DNA from: Eledone cirrhosa | Lineage: Eukaryota | Assembly (NCBI GenBank): GCA_964016885.1 | Contig: OZ024741.1 | Location: forward strand, 28,148,001 to 28,212,000 | DNA: 64,000 bases | Reading direction: 5' to 3' | Shown here: positions 39,993 through 50,987 of the stretch, piece after piece | Layout: every line of letters begins with the position of its first letter | How positions within the stretch are numbered: position 1 is the stretch's first letter | Position numbers and translations under genes: made by a program | Notes under the pieces: generated by a model | What the model was told of the DNA's origin: nothing | What the model saw: the letters and a program-made list of their open reading frames with translations, nothing else | Databases searched by the model: none

Positions 39993-42086
39993 TTACCGTA
40001 CTTTTGGTAGAGGAGGGATGGTTTTTACATCCCTTTTCACTTGATCGTCTGGTGAAGGGACCGTTGAATCGTCCCTTCGGCTGGTCGTCGGCTCTTCTAA
40101 GAGAATGTCTGAATATACTCTTCGATTGATGGTTCCTCCTAGGTCCCTGAAATCACCAACTGCGTTGGGGAATTTCGTTTTAATGTTTGTGTATTGTTTC
40201 TGTGCTATTTTTAGCAGTCTTATGTTAGTTGGCGTTTTGATTGGTGCTGGTATTATGTAGTCCTGTTGTGAAATGTCTGTGTGTTCAATTATGTAAGTCA
40301 TTAGTTTCTTGTTGTGTGTGTTTATTGCCGTGCATTTGTTTTTCTGGGGGTGGGGTGTGGTTCTGCTATTTTCTTGTCGTTGTTGCTGGGTGTGTGTGTT
40401 TTGTTGTTGTGTTTGCGATGTTGGTGCTTGTGGTGGTGGTGTTGAAGGTGTTGTTGGCGGTGGGGTTGTCGCCGGTGTTGATGGTGGTGCTGGTGTGGGT
40501 GGTGATGGTGTTGGTGGTGTTGCTGCTGTGGGTCTCTTTGCAGTAGACTTTACCCTTTTCTCATTTCTTTCCTCCCTTTTCAAAGGCGACGATGCGCTGC
40601 TTCTGCGTTTGTGCCTTCTTGCGACCTTTTGCCATCCCTCTCCCACCTCACACTCCATGTCTGATTCTGTAAGGTCGGGGAGGGGTACCAGCTCCACTCT
40701 TTCACTTGTTGTTGTTGGTGATGTTTGCACTGGAGTCTCTGTTGCAGCTGCATTTGGTATTGCTGTTGTTGTTGTTAATATTTCCACTGCTGCTGCTGTC
40801 TTTGATTTCCGTGGAGTGGGTATGGGTGCCACGGACCTATCGTTCCTGGTTGCCGCTTGTCCTGTTGCTGGTAGCCGTGGAGCCGGATTCGGAAGGAGGG
40901 GGGTTTTCTCCTTTCTCAGGGTCTTCTCGTTGCAGAAGGCCCTGAGGTGAGTCTTCGATCCACAGCGAAAGCATTTCGGGCGTTTGCCCTCAACACTTAT
41001 GGGCAGTTGAGTGCCGTTATCGAAGTCTATCACATCCGGGATAGCTTCGATGCACTCCTGGTTGGTTTGGATTAGCATCTCAATGGAGGAGCCGACCCAA
41101 TCTTCTCTTACTTTTTTCTGTACTTGCAGTACAGTTGTTTTGTCCTCGATTCCGACGAGGACAGACGCGGCCAGCCAAGAAGGGGTCATTCCGGGGGGGA
41201 CGTGGGTCAGTTTGACCCTCACAATTTTTTGCCCGCAGTAGGAGGGCACCAACACCATTTCCTCGCTCCTTAGGGTCACTACTGATTGGGCCTTTGCCTC
41301 CTGGGGTGTGGCAAAAAGTACGTCTACGGTGGCGTATTTTTTGCCTCGGGTGATGTGCGTTTTCCTCTGCCACACAGACCCCAAGGCTTTTTGTATTTGG
41401 GCCTCTGTGGCTCTTTCCACCCTACGGGATTTTGTACTTACTGTACGGTACGTGACCGTACAGTGCTCTTGGGTTTCGAAAAAAATTTTCGCTGCCTTGC
41501 AGATTGCTCGGTGTCCGTTCTTTGTCACCATCTTCTTCGCTTCCTCTAATTCCTCATTTGTTATGAGGATTGTTTCCAAGTTTTTCGCAATACCTGCAAA
41601 TGAGATTGGTTTTTCTCTGCTGTTGTTGTTGTCGTCAGAGCTGCTGGTACTTTTGTTGCTGCAGGTACTACGACTACTGCCTCCGCCGCTGTTGCTGTGG
41701 TTGTTGTTGGTGTTGCTGCTGCTAATGCTGTTGTTGTTTATGCTGCTGGTGATGCTGTTGCGGCTGCTACTGTTGTTTTCATTGTCACTGTTGCTGTTGT
41801 TATTACGGCTGCTACTGCTATTATTCCTGACGTCAGACGAATGAACTGGGTTTTCGTATTTCCCGCACACCTGTTTCGTCGCTGTCGTCGTCGTCGTGGA
41901 GAAACCTTGCACGCTTTGCACGAGACTTTTCTTTTCTTTCGTCGCTTGCGAAAGAGAAGGGAGGGAGAGAGACACATTTAAAGAAGGGAGGGAGAGAGAC
42001 AATCTTCTCTCTGCTGTAGTGATGATTGAGGAAGAAGAAGACGGAATGAGTGGGAGTGACGTATGAAATTTCTTTTTGGTAGCCAT
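39993..42086 (-). CDS. Tx1-C ORF1: gag-like protein with zinc knuckle (697 aa from first ATG)
   Basis: Open frame from MATKKK; S/N-rich N-terminus, putative RRM-like region, CFRCGSKTHLRAFC, P/T-rich tail. Confidence 0.88.
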   Translation of the reverse strand: MATKKKFHTSLPLIPSSSSSIITTAERRLSLSLPSLNVSLSLPSLSQATKEKKSLVQSVQGFSTTTTTATKQVCGKYENPVHSSDVRNNSSSSRNNNSNSDNENNSSSRNSITSSINNNSISSSNTNNNHSNSGGGSSRSTCSNKSTSSSDDNNNSREKPISFAGIAKNLETILITNEELEEAKKMVTKNGHRAICKAAKIFFETQEHCTVTYRTVSTKSRRVERATEAQIQKALGSVWQRKTHITRGKKYATVDVLFATPQEAKAQSVVTLRSEEMVLVPSYCGQKIVRVKLTHVPPGMTPSWLAASVLVGIEDKTTVLQVQKKVREDWVGSSIEMLIQTNQECIEAIPDVIDFDNGTQLPISVEGKRPKCFRCGSKTHLRAFCNEKTLRKEKTPLLPNPAPRLPATGQAATRNDRSVAPIPTPRKSKTAAAVEILTTTTAIPNAAATETPVQTSPTTTSERVELVPLPDLTESDMECEVGEGWQKVARRHKRRSSASSPLKREERNEKRVKSTAKRPTAATPPTPSPPTPAPPSTPATTPPPTTPSTPPPQAPTSQTQQQNTHTQQQRQENSRTTPHPQKNKCTAINTHNKKLMTYIIEHTDISQQDYIIPAPIKTPTNIRLLKIAQKQYTNIKTKFPNAVGDFRDLGGTINRRVYSDILLEEPTTSRRDDSTVPSPDDQVKRDVKTIPPLPKVR

Positions 42087-42299
42087 GTTTTTTTGTTTAA
42101 AATGAAATTTTGGGTACAAAACCCCAATAACTGGTTATTTAACCCCGAAGGGCCAAATAACGGACAGAAAGACCCCTCTCACGAGGAGGAGGGTGTCTTT
42201 ATCAACAATTTGGTTCAAGTTTTAAACAATTTACAATTGTTTTAACGGTTAAAAATTACTATACCTTACAGAGCCGAGCCTCCGTCAACCATGGCATTC

Positions 42300-42362
<63 letters not shown>
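42300..42362. repeat. (AAT)21 spacer between tandem Tx1 copies
   Basis: direct reading, 63 bp. Confidence 0.95.
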
Positions 42363-42364
<2 letters not shown>

Positions 42365-42625
42365 TTTCTTTATTAACCACAAGGGTTTACATAAAGTAGA
42401 CATTAAGGACAGTGCAGGACAATGCAGGACGGTACAAATGGGCATTTCTGCGTGTAAAAAAACAAAAACAGAGGATGTAACAAAAATAACAATGAAAATA
42501 ACAATGAAAATATTCCCCAATAGGGGGGAGACTTCGGAGGGACATTTGTGGAGAAAGCCCAGTAAAAAGCCACAATGACCCTGACCACCAAGGCAAGTGC
42601 CCTCTCCCAGTTTTCCACCTTTAGT

Positions 42626-45600
42626 TTACAGATATATACTCAGAGTCGGCCCATTCACTCGGGCCATTCTTGCTTCTCTCACCCATCTTTCAACAAAATG
42701 CTGGGAAGAGAGCACTTCCTTCTCTACTCTGATTTTCCTTTTCAAATGAAATTTGAAAAAGTCAATCAGAGCATCACCGAAGAGGTAAGTGCTCGTCTTC
42801 AGCCCTTTCAAACGTGTCCACCATACTATCTCTTTCGCCATGGCCACCAGACAGATAAAAACTGCCTGCCCTTCCCGGCTAAAGGAGGAGGGCGGGGCAA
42901 TCCTCACGATAGACTCAGATGATAGCTGGATCCGTCCTAAACGCGACAGCAGGTGTTCGACATAAACCCACAAGTCAGCAATTTTCGGACACTGGACGAG
43001 TGCGTGCAGGACGGTTTCGTCGCCCTGCGCGCATCTCGGACATGCCCGGCTGACGGCACCTCCATGCCTGTAGAGTTTATCCCGAACTGGCAAGGCTCCT
43101 CGGTAGCACTGCCAGGCCAGAGATTTCTGGAAGTTGTCCATAGGCCCTGGCCCGAAAGTTCTTCCGAAGAGATTGGCTAGTTGATTTTCGTCGACGCCTA
43201 GAGTTTCCCCAAGTACGTCGTCGCTCTTCCCCTCCACTAATCCTCTATAGAACGCCGAGGTGGAGTTTCCACCGATCACATTGCCCGATTGGTCGAGGGC
43301 TGTGAGCGCCTGAAGACATTCCAGTCTCCAGGCGCTCCCTCTCGGTCTTCGCTTGACCCAGGACTGCAGCTCCGTCAAGGAAACGAGCTGGGGAAAAACG
43401 CGTCTAGCAAACGGCGACCACACCTGATCACCGTCGAGGAAGAGGTGGAGATGTCGTAGCCTGAGCGCGTGCCTGCGCATCATCAGCCACGGCATGCCCA
43501 GCCCTCCACGTAGCGGGTGTTGACAACAGATGGACCGCCTGACCATCGGAGCACGTCCCTTCCACAAAAAGCGAAAGAGCAAACGCTCCAGCGCAGTCAG
43601 GCGAGGCTTAGGACAAGGTACGACGGTTAGGCGGTAGCAGATGACAGACGCGATGTACGCGTTAGCCACCTCCGCTCGACCTTTCAGGGATAGCTTCCTC
43701 TCCGCCCATTTCTGGGTGAGAGAAGCCACCCTGCTCGTCACCTCGTCCCAGTTTTTGTCCGTCTGGAGGTCCGGACCGAACCAGACCCCTAGCAATTTAA
43801 CCGGTCCGTCCGTCCAGCGCCCGACGACGCTGTTGGACGGCATGGACCTGCCTCTCCAGGTGCCGAGCTGCAGGCCCACTGACTTTTCCTGGTTGATCAT
43901 TGCTCCTGTCACCGCTTCGTATTCTCTTAGTGTAGTGCCGATCGCCTCGATGTGTTTGGCGTTCGACACCACTACGGTGACATCGTCCGCATATGCTGAC
44001 ACGGATCTTCCGCATCCTAGTTCGCGCGGGACTCCCCTCAACGTCTCCAGTTTGTGCAGTAATGGCTCGAGAGTCAATACGTACAAGAGGGACGAGAGGG
44101 GACATCCTTGGCGGACCGAGCGCATGATGTTGAACGGTTCCGACAGGTGACCGTTCACTCTCACCACAGAGCAGATGTCGCTGTGCATGGCAGCGATCCA
44201 GCCTCTGAAGACGGGCCCAAAGCCAGCCGCCCTCAGGACTGCCGCTAGGTAACGATGGTCGACCCTATCGAAAGCTTTCGACTGATCTAAATTGATCAAG
44301 GACCCACCCGTGCCAGGTTCCCTAGCTACCCTCTCTACGATGTATCGCATGAGGTGGAGGTTGTCGTGGATGGATCTGTCGGGAATGGCGCATGTCTGCG
44401 CCTCTCCCACCAGACCACCAACGACAAGCGCCAACCTCTTTGCTAGCACCTTGGCCAAAATCTTAAACTCTGTGTTTAGCAGAGTTATGGGCCGGAAATT
44501 GTCTATGTTATCCCCCTTGTTCGGATCCTTTCTCAGCAGTGCCACCGCTCCTCGGCTCACAGAACTGGGAATTCTCCCGTTCTGTTGCCAGTTGCAGTAG
44601 ACGTCCGCCAAGAGGCCTCCGAACAAGTCTGGCATCTGTACGTAAAGTTCATAGGGCAGACCATCCAAACCAGGCGATTTACCCCTTGTGCAGCCAGTCA
44701 TTGCCTCCCGTACTTCAGCGGCTGTTATCGGCTTTTCGCAAGACCTCGCCTCAGTGGCCGAGAGCCGCGGCAGTCCGTCGAGGTAGACACTAAAGTCCAT
44801 CCCTCTACCCGGCCCCCCGCTGCCCCCGAACAGCTGAGCGAAGTGTCGCTGAAAAGCTTCACACATTTGCCCGGGATCGAGTAGCATGCGCCCGTCGTGG
44901 TCCACCAAAGACCGGATCGTGGCTTTGTTGCCACGACGCGCCTCCGCCACTCGGGCCCATTGAACGGCTTTCGTCCCCTCGTGTCTGAGAGCACGCACCC
45001 TAGCTCTGACAACGCAGCCTTCGTGCTTTGCATTGAAGAATTGGTCAAGGGCCAATTTCGCCGCAAGCACGTCGGTCGCAATGCCTTTGCTAAGCGCCTC
45101 GTCTAATTTTCTAACTAGTTCTCCCTCTGCTCTATTTTTCTCTATTGCTAAAGCCTTACTAAACCTAATCGATTCTATTCTAATCGCTCTTTTCAGAGCA
45201 AACCACCACTTGTTGTTGACGATGGCCCCCGTCAACGCCCGCTTAACTAGTTCGCTAATCCGGTCTCTGTAGGCCTTGCGCGCTGGTAAGGACGCGTTTA
45301 GCTTCCAGTAGCCGGGTCCTCGTCTATGAAGCCTATCTAAGTCAAGCACACAGGTCACGAATTTGTGGTCCGTGTAGCTGACTATCTTGAATTGTGGACA
45401 GCCTATGCTAGACCTATCTATTTCCCTACAAAATACTCTATCTAGATATGATCTGGATGACCCTATGCGATTTGTCCAAGTCCACATTGGCACATTCGGG
45501 AAATCCAATCGGTACCTGTCAGACAGTTCAAAACGCCTGAGCAGGTTGGTGAGGCTCTTGCACCCTCCACCCCTATCCGCTAATCCCACACAGTCCCAGC

Positions 45601-46045
45601 GTGCATCTAAGATCCCGTTCCAGTCGCCCACTAACACTAAAGAGCGGGACGTTCCAAGAAAGGTCTCCAGACGCCGGAAGAAATCAGGCCGCCCTGCTCC
45701 TGTCGGGGCATAGACGGCCACTAGCCTGAAAGCTTGCCCGTCTCCGCTGGTCACGTCCAGCACCACCAGCTTACCCTCTGGGTCCAGGAAGATGGCCCGT
45801 ATGGCGAGATCCAAACCTCTCCGAAAAAGCACAGCAACTCCTCCACCCGATCCAGGACGGCTGGGAGATGCGTACACATCGTAGCCGCCGAAGATCGGTG
45901 CGAAGGCCCGTGCTTCGGAGATTCTGGTCTCGCTGATGGCCACTACATCTATGTTTAGTGACCTGAGGTCGTTGAGCAGGTGACCCTGCTTCCATGACGA
46001 CCCCAAGCCACGCGCATTTATGCTGCCTATTCTGAGTGAGGTCAT
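42626..46045 (-). CDS. Tx1-D ORF2 (APE-RT-ZnF, 1139 aa)
   Basis: Translation identical to copy C. Confidence 0.95.
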   Translation of the reverse strand: MTSLRIGSINARGLGSSWKQGHLLNDLRSLNIDVVAISETRISEARAFAPIFGGYDVYASPSRPGSGGGVAVLFRRGLDLAIRAIFLDPEGKLVVLDVTSGDGQAFRLVAVYAPTGAGRPDFFRRLETFLGTSRSLVLVGDWNGILDARWDCVGLADRGGGCKSLTNLLRRFELSDRYRLDFPNVPMWTWTNRIGSSRSYLDRVFCREIDRSSIGCPQFKIVSYTDHKFVTCVLDLDRLHRRGPGYWKLNASLPARKAYRDRISELVKRALTGAIVNNKWWFALKRAIRIESIRFSKALAIEKNRAEGELVRKLDEALSKGIATDVLAAKLALDQFFNAKHEGCVVRARVRALRHEGTKAVQWARVAEARRGNKATIRSLVDHDGRMLLDPGQMCEAFQRHFAQLFGGSGGPGRGMDFSVYLDGLPRLSATEARSCEKPITAAEVREAMTGCTRGKSPGLDGLPYELYVQMPDLFGGLLADVYCNWQQNGRIPSSVSRGAVALLRKDPNKGDNIDNFRPITLLNTEFKILAKVLAKRLALVVGGLVGEAQTCAIPDRSIHDNLHLMRYIVERVAREPGTGGSLINLDQSKAFDRVDHRYLAAVLRAAGFGPVFRGWIAAMHSDICSVVRVNGHLSEPFNIMRSVRQGCPLSSLLYVLTLEPLLHKLETLRGVPRELGCGRSVSAYADDVTVVVSNAKHIEAIGTTLREYEAVTGAMINQEKSVGLQLGTWRGRSMPSNSVVGRWTDGPVKLLGVWFGPDLQTDKNWDEVTSRVASLTQKWAERKLSLKGRAEVANAYIASVICYRLTVVPCPKPRLTALERLLFRFLWKGRAPMVRRSICCQHPLRGGLGMPWLMMRRHALRLRHLHLFLDGDQVWSPFARRVFPQLVSLTELQSWVKRRPRGSAWRLECLQALTALDQSGNVIGGNSTSAFYRGLVEGKSDDVLGETLGVDENQLANLFGRTFGPGPMDNFQKSLAWQCYRGALPVRDKLYRHGGAVSRACPRCAQGDETVLHALVQCPKIADLWVYVEHLLSRLGRIQLSSESIVRIAPPSSFSREGQAVFICLVAMAKEIVWWTRLKGLKTSTYLFGDALIDFFKFHLKRKIRVEKEVLSSQHFVERWVREARMARVNGPTLSIYL

Positions 46046-46079
46046 GTTTAAATAGAGTGGAAAAGATGGGAAAGACCAC

Positions 46080-48173
46080 TTACCGTACTTTTGGTAGAGG
46101 AGGGATGGTTTTTACATCCCTTTTCACTTGATCGTCTGGTGAAGGGACCGTTGAATCGTCCCTTCGGCTGGTCGTCGGCTCTTCTAAGAGAATGTCTGAA
46201 TATACTCTTCGATTGATGGTTCCTCCTAGGTCCCTGAAATCACCAACTGCGTTGGGGAATTTCGTTTTAATGTTTGTGTATTGTTTCTGTGCTATTTTTA
46301 GCAGTCTTATGTTAGTTGGCGTTTTGATTGGTGCTGGTATTATGTAGTCCTGTTGTGAAATGTCTGTGTGTTCAATTATGTAAGTCATTAGTTTCTTGTT
46401 GTGTGTGTTTATTGCCGTGCATTTGTTTTTCTGGGGGTGGGGTGTGGTTCTGCTATTTTCTTGTCGTTGTTGCTGGGTGTGTGTGTTTTGTTGTTGTGTT
46501 TGCGATGTTGGTGCTTGTGGTGGTGGTGTTGAAGGTGTTGTTGGCGGTGGGGTTGTCGCCGGTGTTGATGGTGGTGCTGGTGTGGGTGGTGATGGTGTTG
46601 GTGGTGTTGCTGCTGTGGGTCTCTTTGCAGTAGACTTTACCCTTTTCTCATTTCTTTCCTCCCTTTTCAAAGGCGACGATGCGCTGCTTCTGCGTTTGTG
46701 CCTTCTTGCGACCTTTTGCCATCCCTCTCCCACCTCACACTCCATGTCTGATTCTGTAAGGTCGGGGAGGGGTACCAGCTCCACTCTTTCACTTGTTGTT
46801 GTTGGTGATGTTTGCACTGGAGTCTCTGTTGCAGCTGCATTTGGTATTGCTGTTGTTGTTGTTAATATTTCCACTGCTGCTGCTGTCTTTGATTTCCGTG
46901 GAGTGGGTATGGGTGCCACGGACCTATCGTTCCTGGTTGCCGCTTGTCCTGTTGCTGGTAGCCGTGGAGCCGGATTCGGAAGGAGGGGGGTTTTCTCCTT
47001 TCTCAGGGTCTTCTCGTTGCAGAAGGCCCTGAGGTGAGTCTTCGATCCACAGCGAAAGCATTTCGGGCGTTTGCCCTCAACACTTATGGGCAGTTGAGTG
47101 CCGTTATCGAAGTCTATCACATCCGGGATAGCTTCGATGCACTCCTGGTTGGTTTGGATTAGCATCTCAATGGAGGAGCCGACCCAATCTTCTCTTACTT
47201 TTTTCTGTACTTGCAGTACAGTTGTTTTGTCCTCGATTCCGACGAGGACAGACGCGGCCAGCCAAGAAGGGGTCATTCCGGGGGGGACGTGGGTCAGTTT
47301 GACCCTCACAATTTTTTGCCCGCAGTAGGAGGGCACCAACACCATTTCCTCGCTCCTTAGGGTCACTACTGATTGGGCCTTTGCCTCCTGGGGTGTGGCA
47401 AAAAGTACGTCTACGGTGGCGTATTTTTTGCCTCGGGTGATGTGCGTTTTCCTCTGCCACACAGACCCCAAGGCTTTTTGTATTTGGGCCTCTGTGGCTC
47501 TTTCCACCCTACGGGATTTTGTACTTACTGTACGGTACGTGACCGTACAGTGCTCTTGGGTTTCGAAAAAAATTTTCGCTGCCTTGCAGATTGCTCGGTG
47601 TCCGTTCTTTGTCACCATCTTCTTCGCTTCCTCTAATTCCTCATTTGTTATGAGGATTGTTTCCAAGTTTTTCGCAATACCTGCAAATGAGATTGGTTTT
47701 TCTCTGCTGTTGTTGTTGTCGTCAGAGCTGCTGGTACTTTTGTTGCTGCAGGTACTACGACTACTGCCTCCGCCGCTGTTGCTGTGGTTGTTGTTGGTGT
47801 TGCTGCTGCTAATGCTGTTGTTGTTTATGCTGCTGGTGATGCTGTTGCGGCTGCTACTGTTGTTTTCATTGTCACTGTTGCTGTTGTTATTACGGCTGCT
47901 ACTGCTATTATTCCTGACGTCAGACGAATGAACTGGGTTTTCGTATTTCCCGCACACCTGTTTCGTCGCTGTCGTCGTCGTCGTGGAGAAACCTTGCACG
48001 CTTTGCACGAGACTTTTCTTTTCTTTCGTCGCTTGCGAAAGAGAAGGGAGGGAGAGAGACACATTTAAAGAAGGGAGGGAGAGAGACAATCTTCTCTCTG
48101 CTGTAGTGATGATTGAGGAAGAAGAAGACGGAATGAGTGGGAGTGACGTATGAAATTTCTTTTTGGTAGCCAT
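46080..48173 (-). CDS. Tx1-D ORF1 (zinc knuckle)
   Basis: Translation identical to copy C. Confidence 0.88.
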   Translation of the reverse strand: MATKKKFHTSLPLIPSSSSSIITTAERRLSLSLPSLNVSLSLPSLSQATKEKKSLVQSVQGFSTTTTTATKQVCGKYENPVHSSDVRNNSSSSRNNNSNSDNENNSSSRNSITSSINNNSISSSNTNNNHSNSGGGSSRSTCSNKSTSSSDDNNNSREKPISFAGIAKNLETILITNEELEEAKKMVTKNGHRAICKAAKIFFETQEHCTVTYRTVSTKSRRVERATEAQIQKALGSVWQRKTHITRGKKYATVDVLFATPQEAKAQSVVTLRSEEMVLVPSYCGQKIVRVKLTHVPPGMTPSWLAASVLVGIEDKTTVLQVQKKVREDWVGSSIEMLIQTNQECIEAIPDVIDFDNGTQLPISVEGKRPKCFRCGSKTHLRAFCNEKTLRKEKTPLLPNPAPRLPATGQAATRNDRSVAPIPTPRKSKTAAAVEILTTTTAIPNAAATETPVQTSPTTTSERVELVPLPDLTESDMECEVGEGWQKVARRHKRRSSASSPLKREERNEKRVKSTAKRPTAATPPTPSPPTPAPPSTPATTPPPTTPSTPPPQAPTSQTQQQNTHTQQQRQENSRTTPHPQKNKCTAINTHNKKLMTYIIEHTDISQQDYIIPAPIKTPTNIRLLKIAQKQYTNIKTKFPNAVGDFRDLGGTINRRVYSDILLEEPTTSRRDDSTVPSPDDQVKRDVKTIPPLPKVR

Positions 48174-48386
48174 GTTTTTTTGTTTAAAATGAAATTTTGG
48201 GTACAAAACCCCAATAACTGGTTATTTAACCCCGAAGGGCCAAATAACGGACAGAAAGACCCCTCTCACGAGGAGGAGGGTGTCTTTATCAACAATTTGG
48301 TTCAAGTTTTAAACAATTTACAATTGTTTTAACGGTTAAAAATTACTATACCTTACAGAGCCGAGCCTCCGTCAACCATGGCATTC

Positions 48387-48460
<74 letters not shown>

Positions 48461-48461
<1 letters not shown>

Positions 48462-49284
48462 CCCTTCATAGTACCTTCTTTGAGAAAACTGAATTTAGAG
48501 ATCCACAGACATGGAACTGGTTGAGAAGAGGAGACCTCAAAAAGGCTACAGAAGGAATGCTAATGGCTGCGCAGGAGCAGGCCCTCAAAACGAAGTGGTT
48601 GAAGCACCATATTTACAAGGAGGAGGCTAGCCCACTGTGCAGGATCTGTGGAGAGAGAGAGGAGACTGTGGCTCACATTGTGTCCGAGTGTAAACACCTA
48701 GCCCAGACCCACTATAAGGGCTGGAGACACGATGTGATGGGCAGGGTGATCCACTGGCACCTGTGCAAAGTAAACAATTTACCACATTCTGAGAAATGGT
48801 ATGAGCATAGGCCAGAGGCGGTGATGGAGAACAATCAGGTGAAGGTGCTGTGGGATTTTAGGATACAGACGGACAAAAAACTGGAACACAATAGACCTGA
48901 CCTGCTGGTTGTGGACAAAGAAAAAAGATCGTGTCTGATTGTGGATGTGGCCTGCCCGTTCGACACGAGAGTGCAAGAGAAGGAGAGGGAGAAAATTAAC
49001 CGATACCAGGACCTAAAGTGGGAGGTGAAAAGGATTTGGAACTGCCATGAAGTCAAAGTGATCCCGATTGTCATAGGCGCACTGGGGACTATCTCCAAAA
49101 GTTTCCAGGGATGGTTAAAGAAAATCGGCCCCTTCACGCTTTTTGGAACGCTTCAAAAGGCATGCTTGCTTGGAACAGCAAGAACCCTCCGATACGTCCT
49201 GAATATCTGAGGCTGCAGGTAGTGGCTTCATATTCAATCCAACGGACTTTCCAGTTAACCAACATCAATGACTGAGATTCAAGG
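48461..49284 (+). mobile_element. R4/Dong-like RLE element family 1, 5'-truncated copy 1
   Basis: CRICG..ETVAHIVSEC zinc finger, RPD..D..EK..Y RLE motif; flanked by (AAT)n. Confidence 0.88.
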
Positions 49285-49300
49285 AATAACAACAACAATA

Positions 49301-49340
<40 letters not shown>

Positions 49341-49342
<2 letters not shown>

Positions 49343-50955
49343 TTGTTTGTCCTTGCCCTGATGCCCTTGACCATTGTGCTGCGAAAAGTGAGAGCAGGAT
49401 ACAAGTTGGGAAGGGGAGAGCTTACCATCAATCACCTCCTCTTCATGGACGATCTTAAGCTCTTCGGGAAAAGTGAGAAGGAGTTGGATGTGCTTGTTGA
49501 CACTGTCCGTATTTTCAGCAGTGATATATGTATGCAGTTTGGTATTGGTAAATGTGGAGTCATTGTGATGAGGAGGGGTAGGTTGAGCAGAAGTAACGGG
49601 ATCCAGATACCAACAGGTGAGATGATAAAGGAAATTGACTCTGAGGAAGGATACAAGTATTTGGGCGTTCTGGAGGCTGATGGCATAAAGAACAAAAAAA
49701 TGAAGGAATTGTTAAGAACTGAATACATTCGGAGAGTAAGGAGCGTATTGAAGTCACATCTGAACAGCAGAAATGCCATAAGCGCAGTAAATTCCCGAGC
49801 TGTGTCTATTATTAGGTACAGTGCGGGAATTCTGAGATGGAATGTTGCTGAACAAAAAGAAATGGATAGGAAGACTAGGAAGCTATTGACTATCTACAAC
49901 ATGTTCCACAAGAGGAGTGATGTCGATAGACTCTACCTAAGGAGATCTGAGGGTGGAAGAGGTCTTATCAGCATAGAGGACTGTGTTCAGATGGAGAAAA
50001 ACAACCTATACAAATACGTGACCTATAGTAAGGAGCCAATGCTCAGAGCTGTACTGAAGGAGGGGACAGTAGGCCAGGGGATACCTAAGGAGGAAATAAC
50101 ATCAAGGAGGAAGAGCAGCCTTAAGGGAAAATCCCTTCATAGTACCTTCTTTGAGAAAACTGAATTTAGAGATCCACAGACATGGAACTGGTTGAGAAGA
50201 GGAGACCTCAAAAAGGCTACAGAAGGAATGCTAATGGCTGCGCAGGAGCAGGCCCTTAAAACGAAGTGGTTGAAGCACCATATCTACAAGGAGGAGGCTA
50301 GCCCACTGTGCAGGATCTGTGGAGAGAGAGAGGAGACTGTGGCTCACATTGTGTCCGAGTGTAAACACCTAGCCCAGACCCACTATAAGGGCTGGAGACA
50401 CGATGTGATGGGCAGGGTGATCCACTGGCACCTGTGCAAAGTAAACAATCTACCACATTCTGAGAAATGGTATGAGCATAGGCCAGAGGCGGTGATGGAG
50501 AACAGTCAGGTGAAGGTGCTGTGGGATTTTAGGATACAGACGGACAAAAAACTGGAACACAATAGACCTGACCTGGTGGTTGTGGACAAAGAAAAAAGAT
50601 CGTGCCTGATTGTGGATGTGGGCTGCCCGTTCGACACGAGAGTGCAAGAGAAGGAGAGGGAGAAAATTAACCGATACCAGGACCTAAAGTGGGAGGTGAA
50701 AAGGATTTGGAACTGCCATGAAGTCAAAGTGATCCCGATTGTCATAGGCGCACTGGGGACTATCTCCAAAGGTTTCCAGGGATGGTTAAAGAAAATCGGC
50801 CCCTTCACGCTTTTTGGAACGCTTCAAAAGGCATGCTTGCTTGGAACGGCAAGAACCCTCCGATACGTCCTGAATATCTGAGGCTGCAGGTAGTGGCTTG
50901 ATATTCAATCCAACGGACTTTCCAGTTAACCAACATCAATGACTGAGATTCAAGG
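49341..50955 (+). mobile_element. Dong-like family 1, 5'-truncated copy 2
   Basis: LLFMDDLKL RT, zinc finger, RLE; (AAT)n on both sides. Confidence 0.9.
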
Positions 50956-50987
50956 AATAACAATAACAATAATAATAATAATAATAA

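Larger units (their letters stand above)
36276..42299 (-). mobile_element. Intact full-length Tx1-like element copy C (6,024 bp) in (ATT)n
   Basis: Two open ORFs; 3' end AATAAAGAAATC followed by (ATT)n; 5' end abuts (ATT)n. Confidence 0.95.
42363..48386 (-). mobile_element. Intact Tx1-like copy D, apparently identical to C
   Basis: All ORFs recur at offset 6,087 with identical translations. Confidence 0.95.

Noticed and set aside
36866-41981. Antisense and alternative-frame ORFs within Tx1-C (repeated in D)
   Set aside because: Expected shadows of GC-rich or low-complexity coding sequence; their duplication only reflects the tandem copy.
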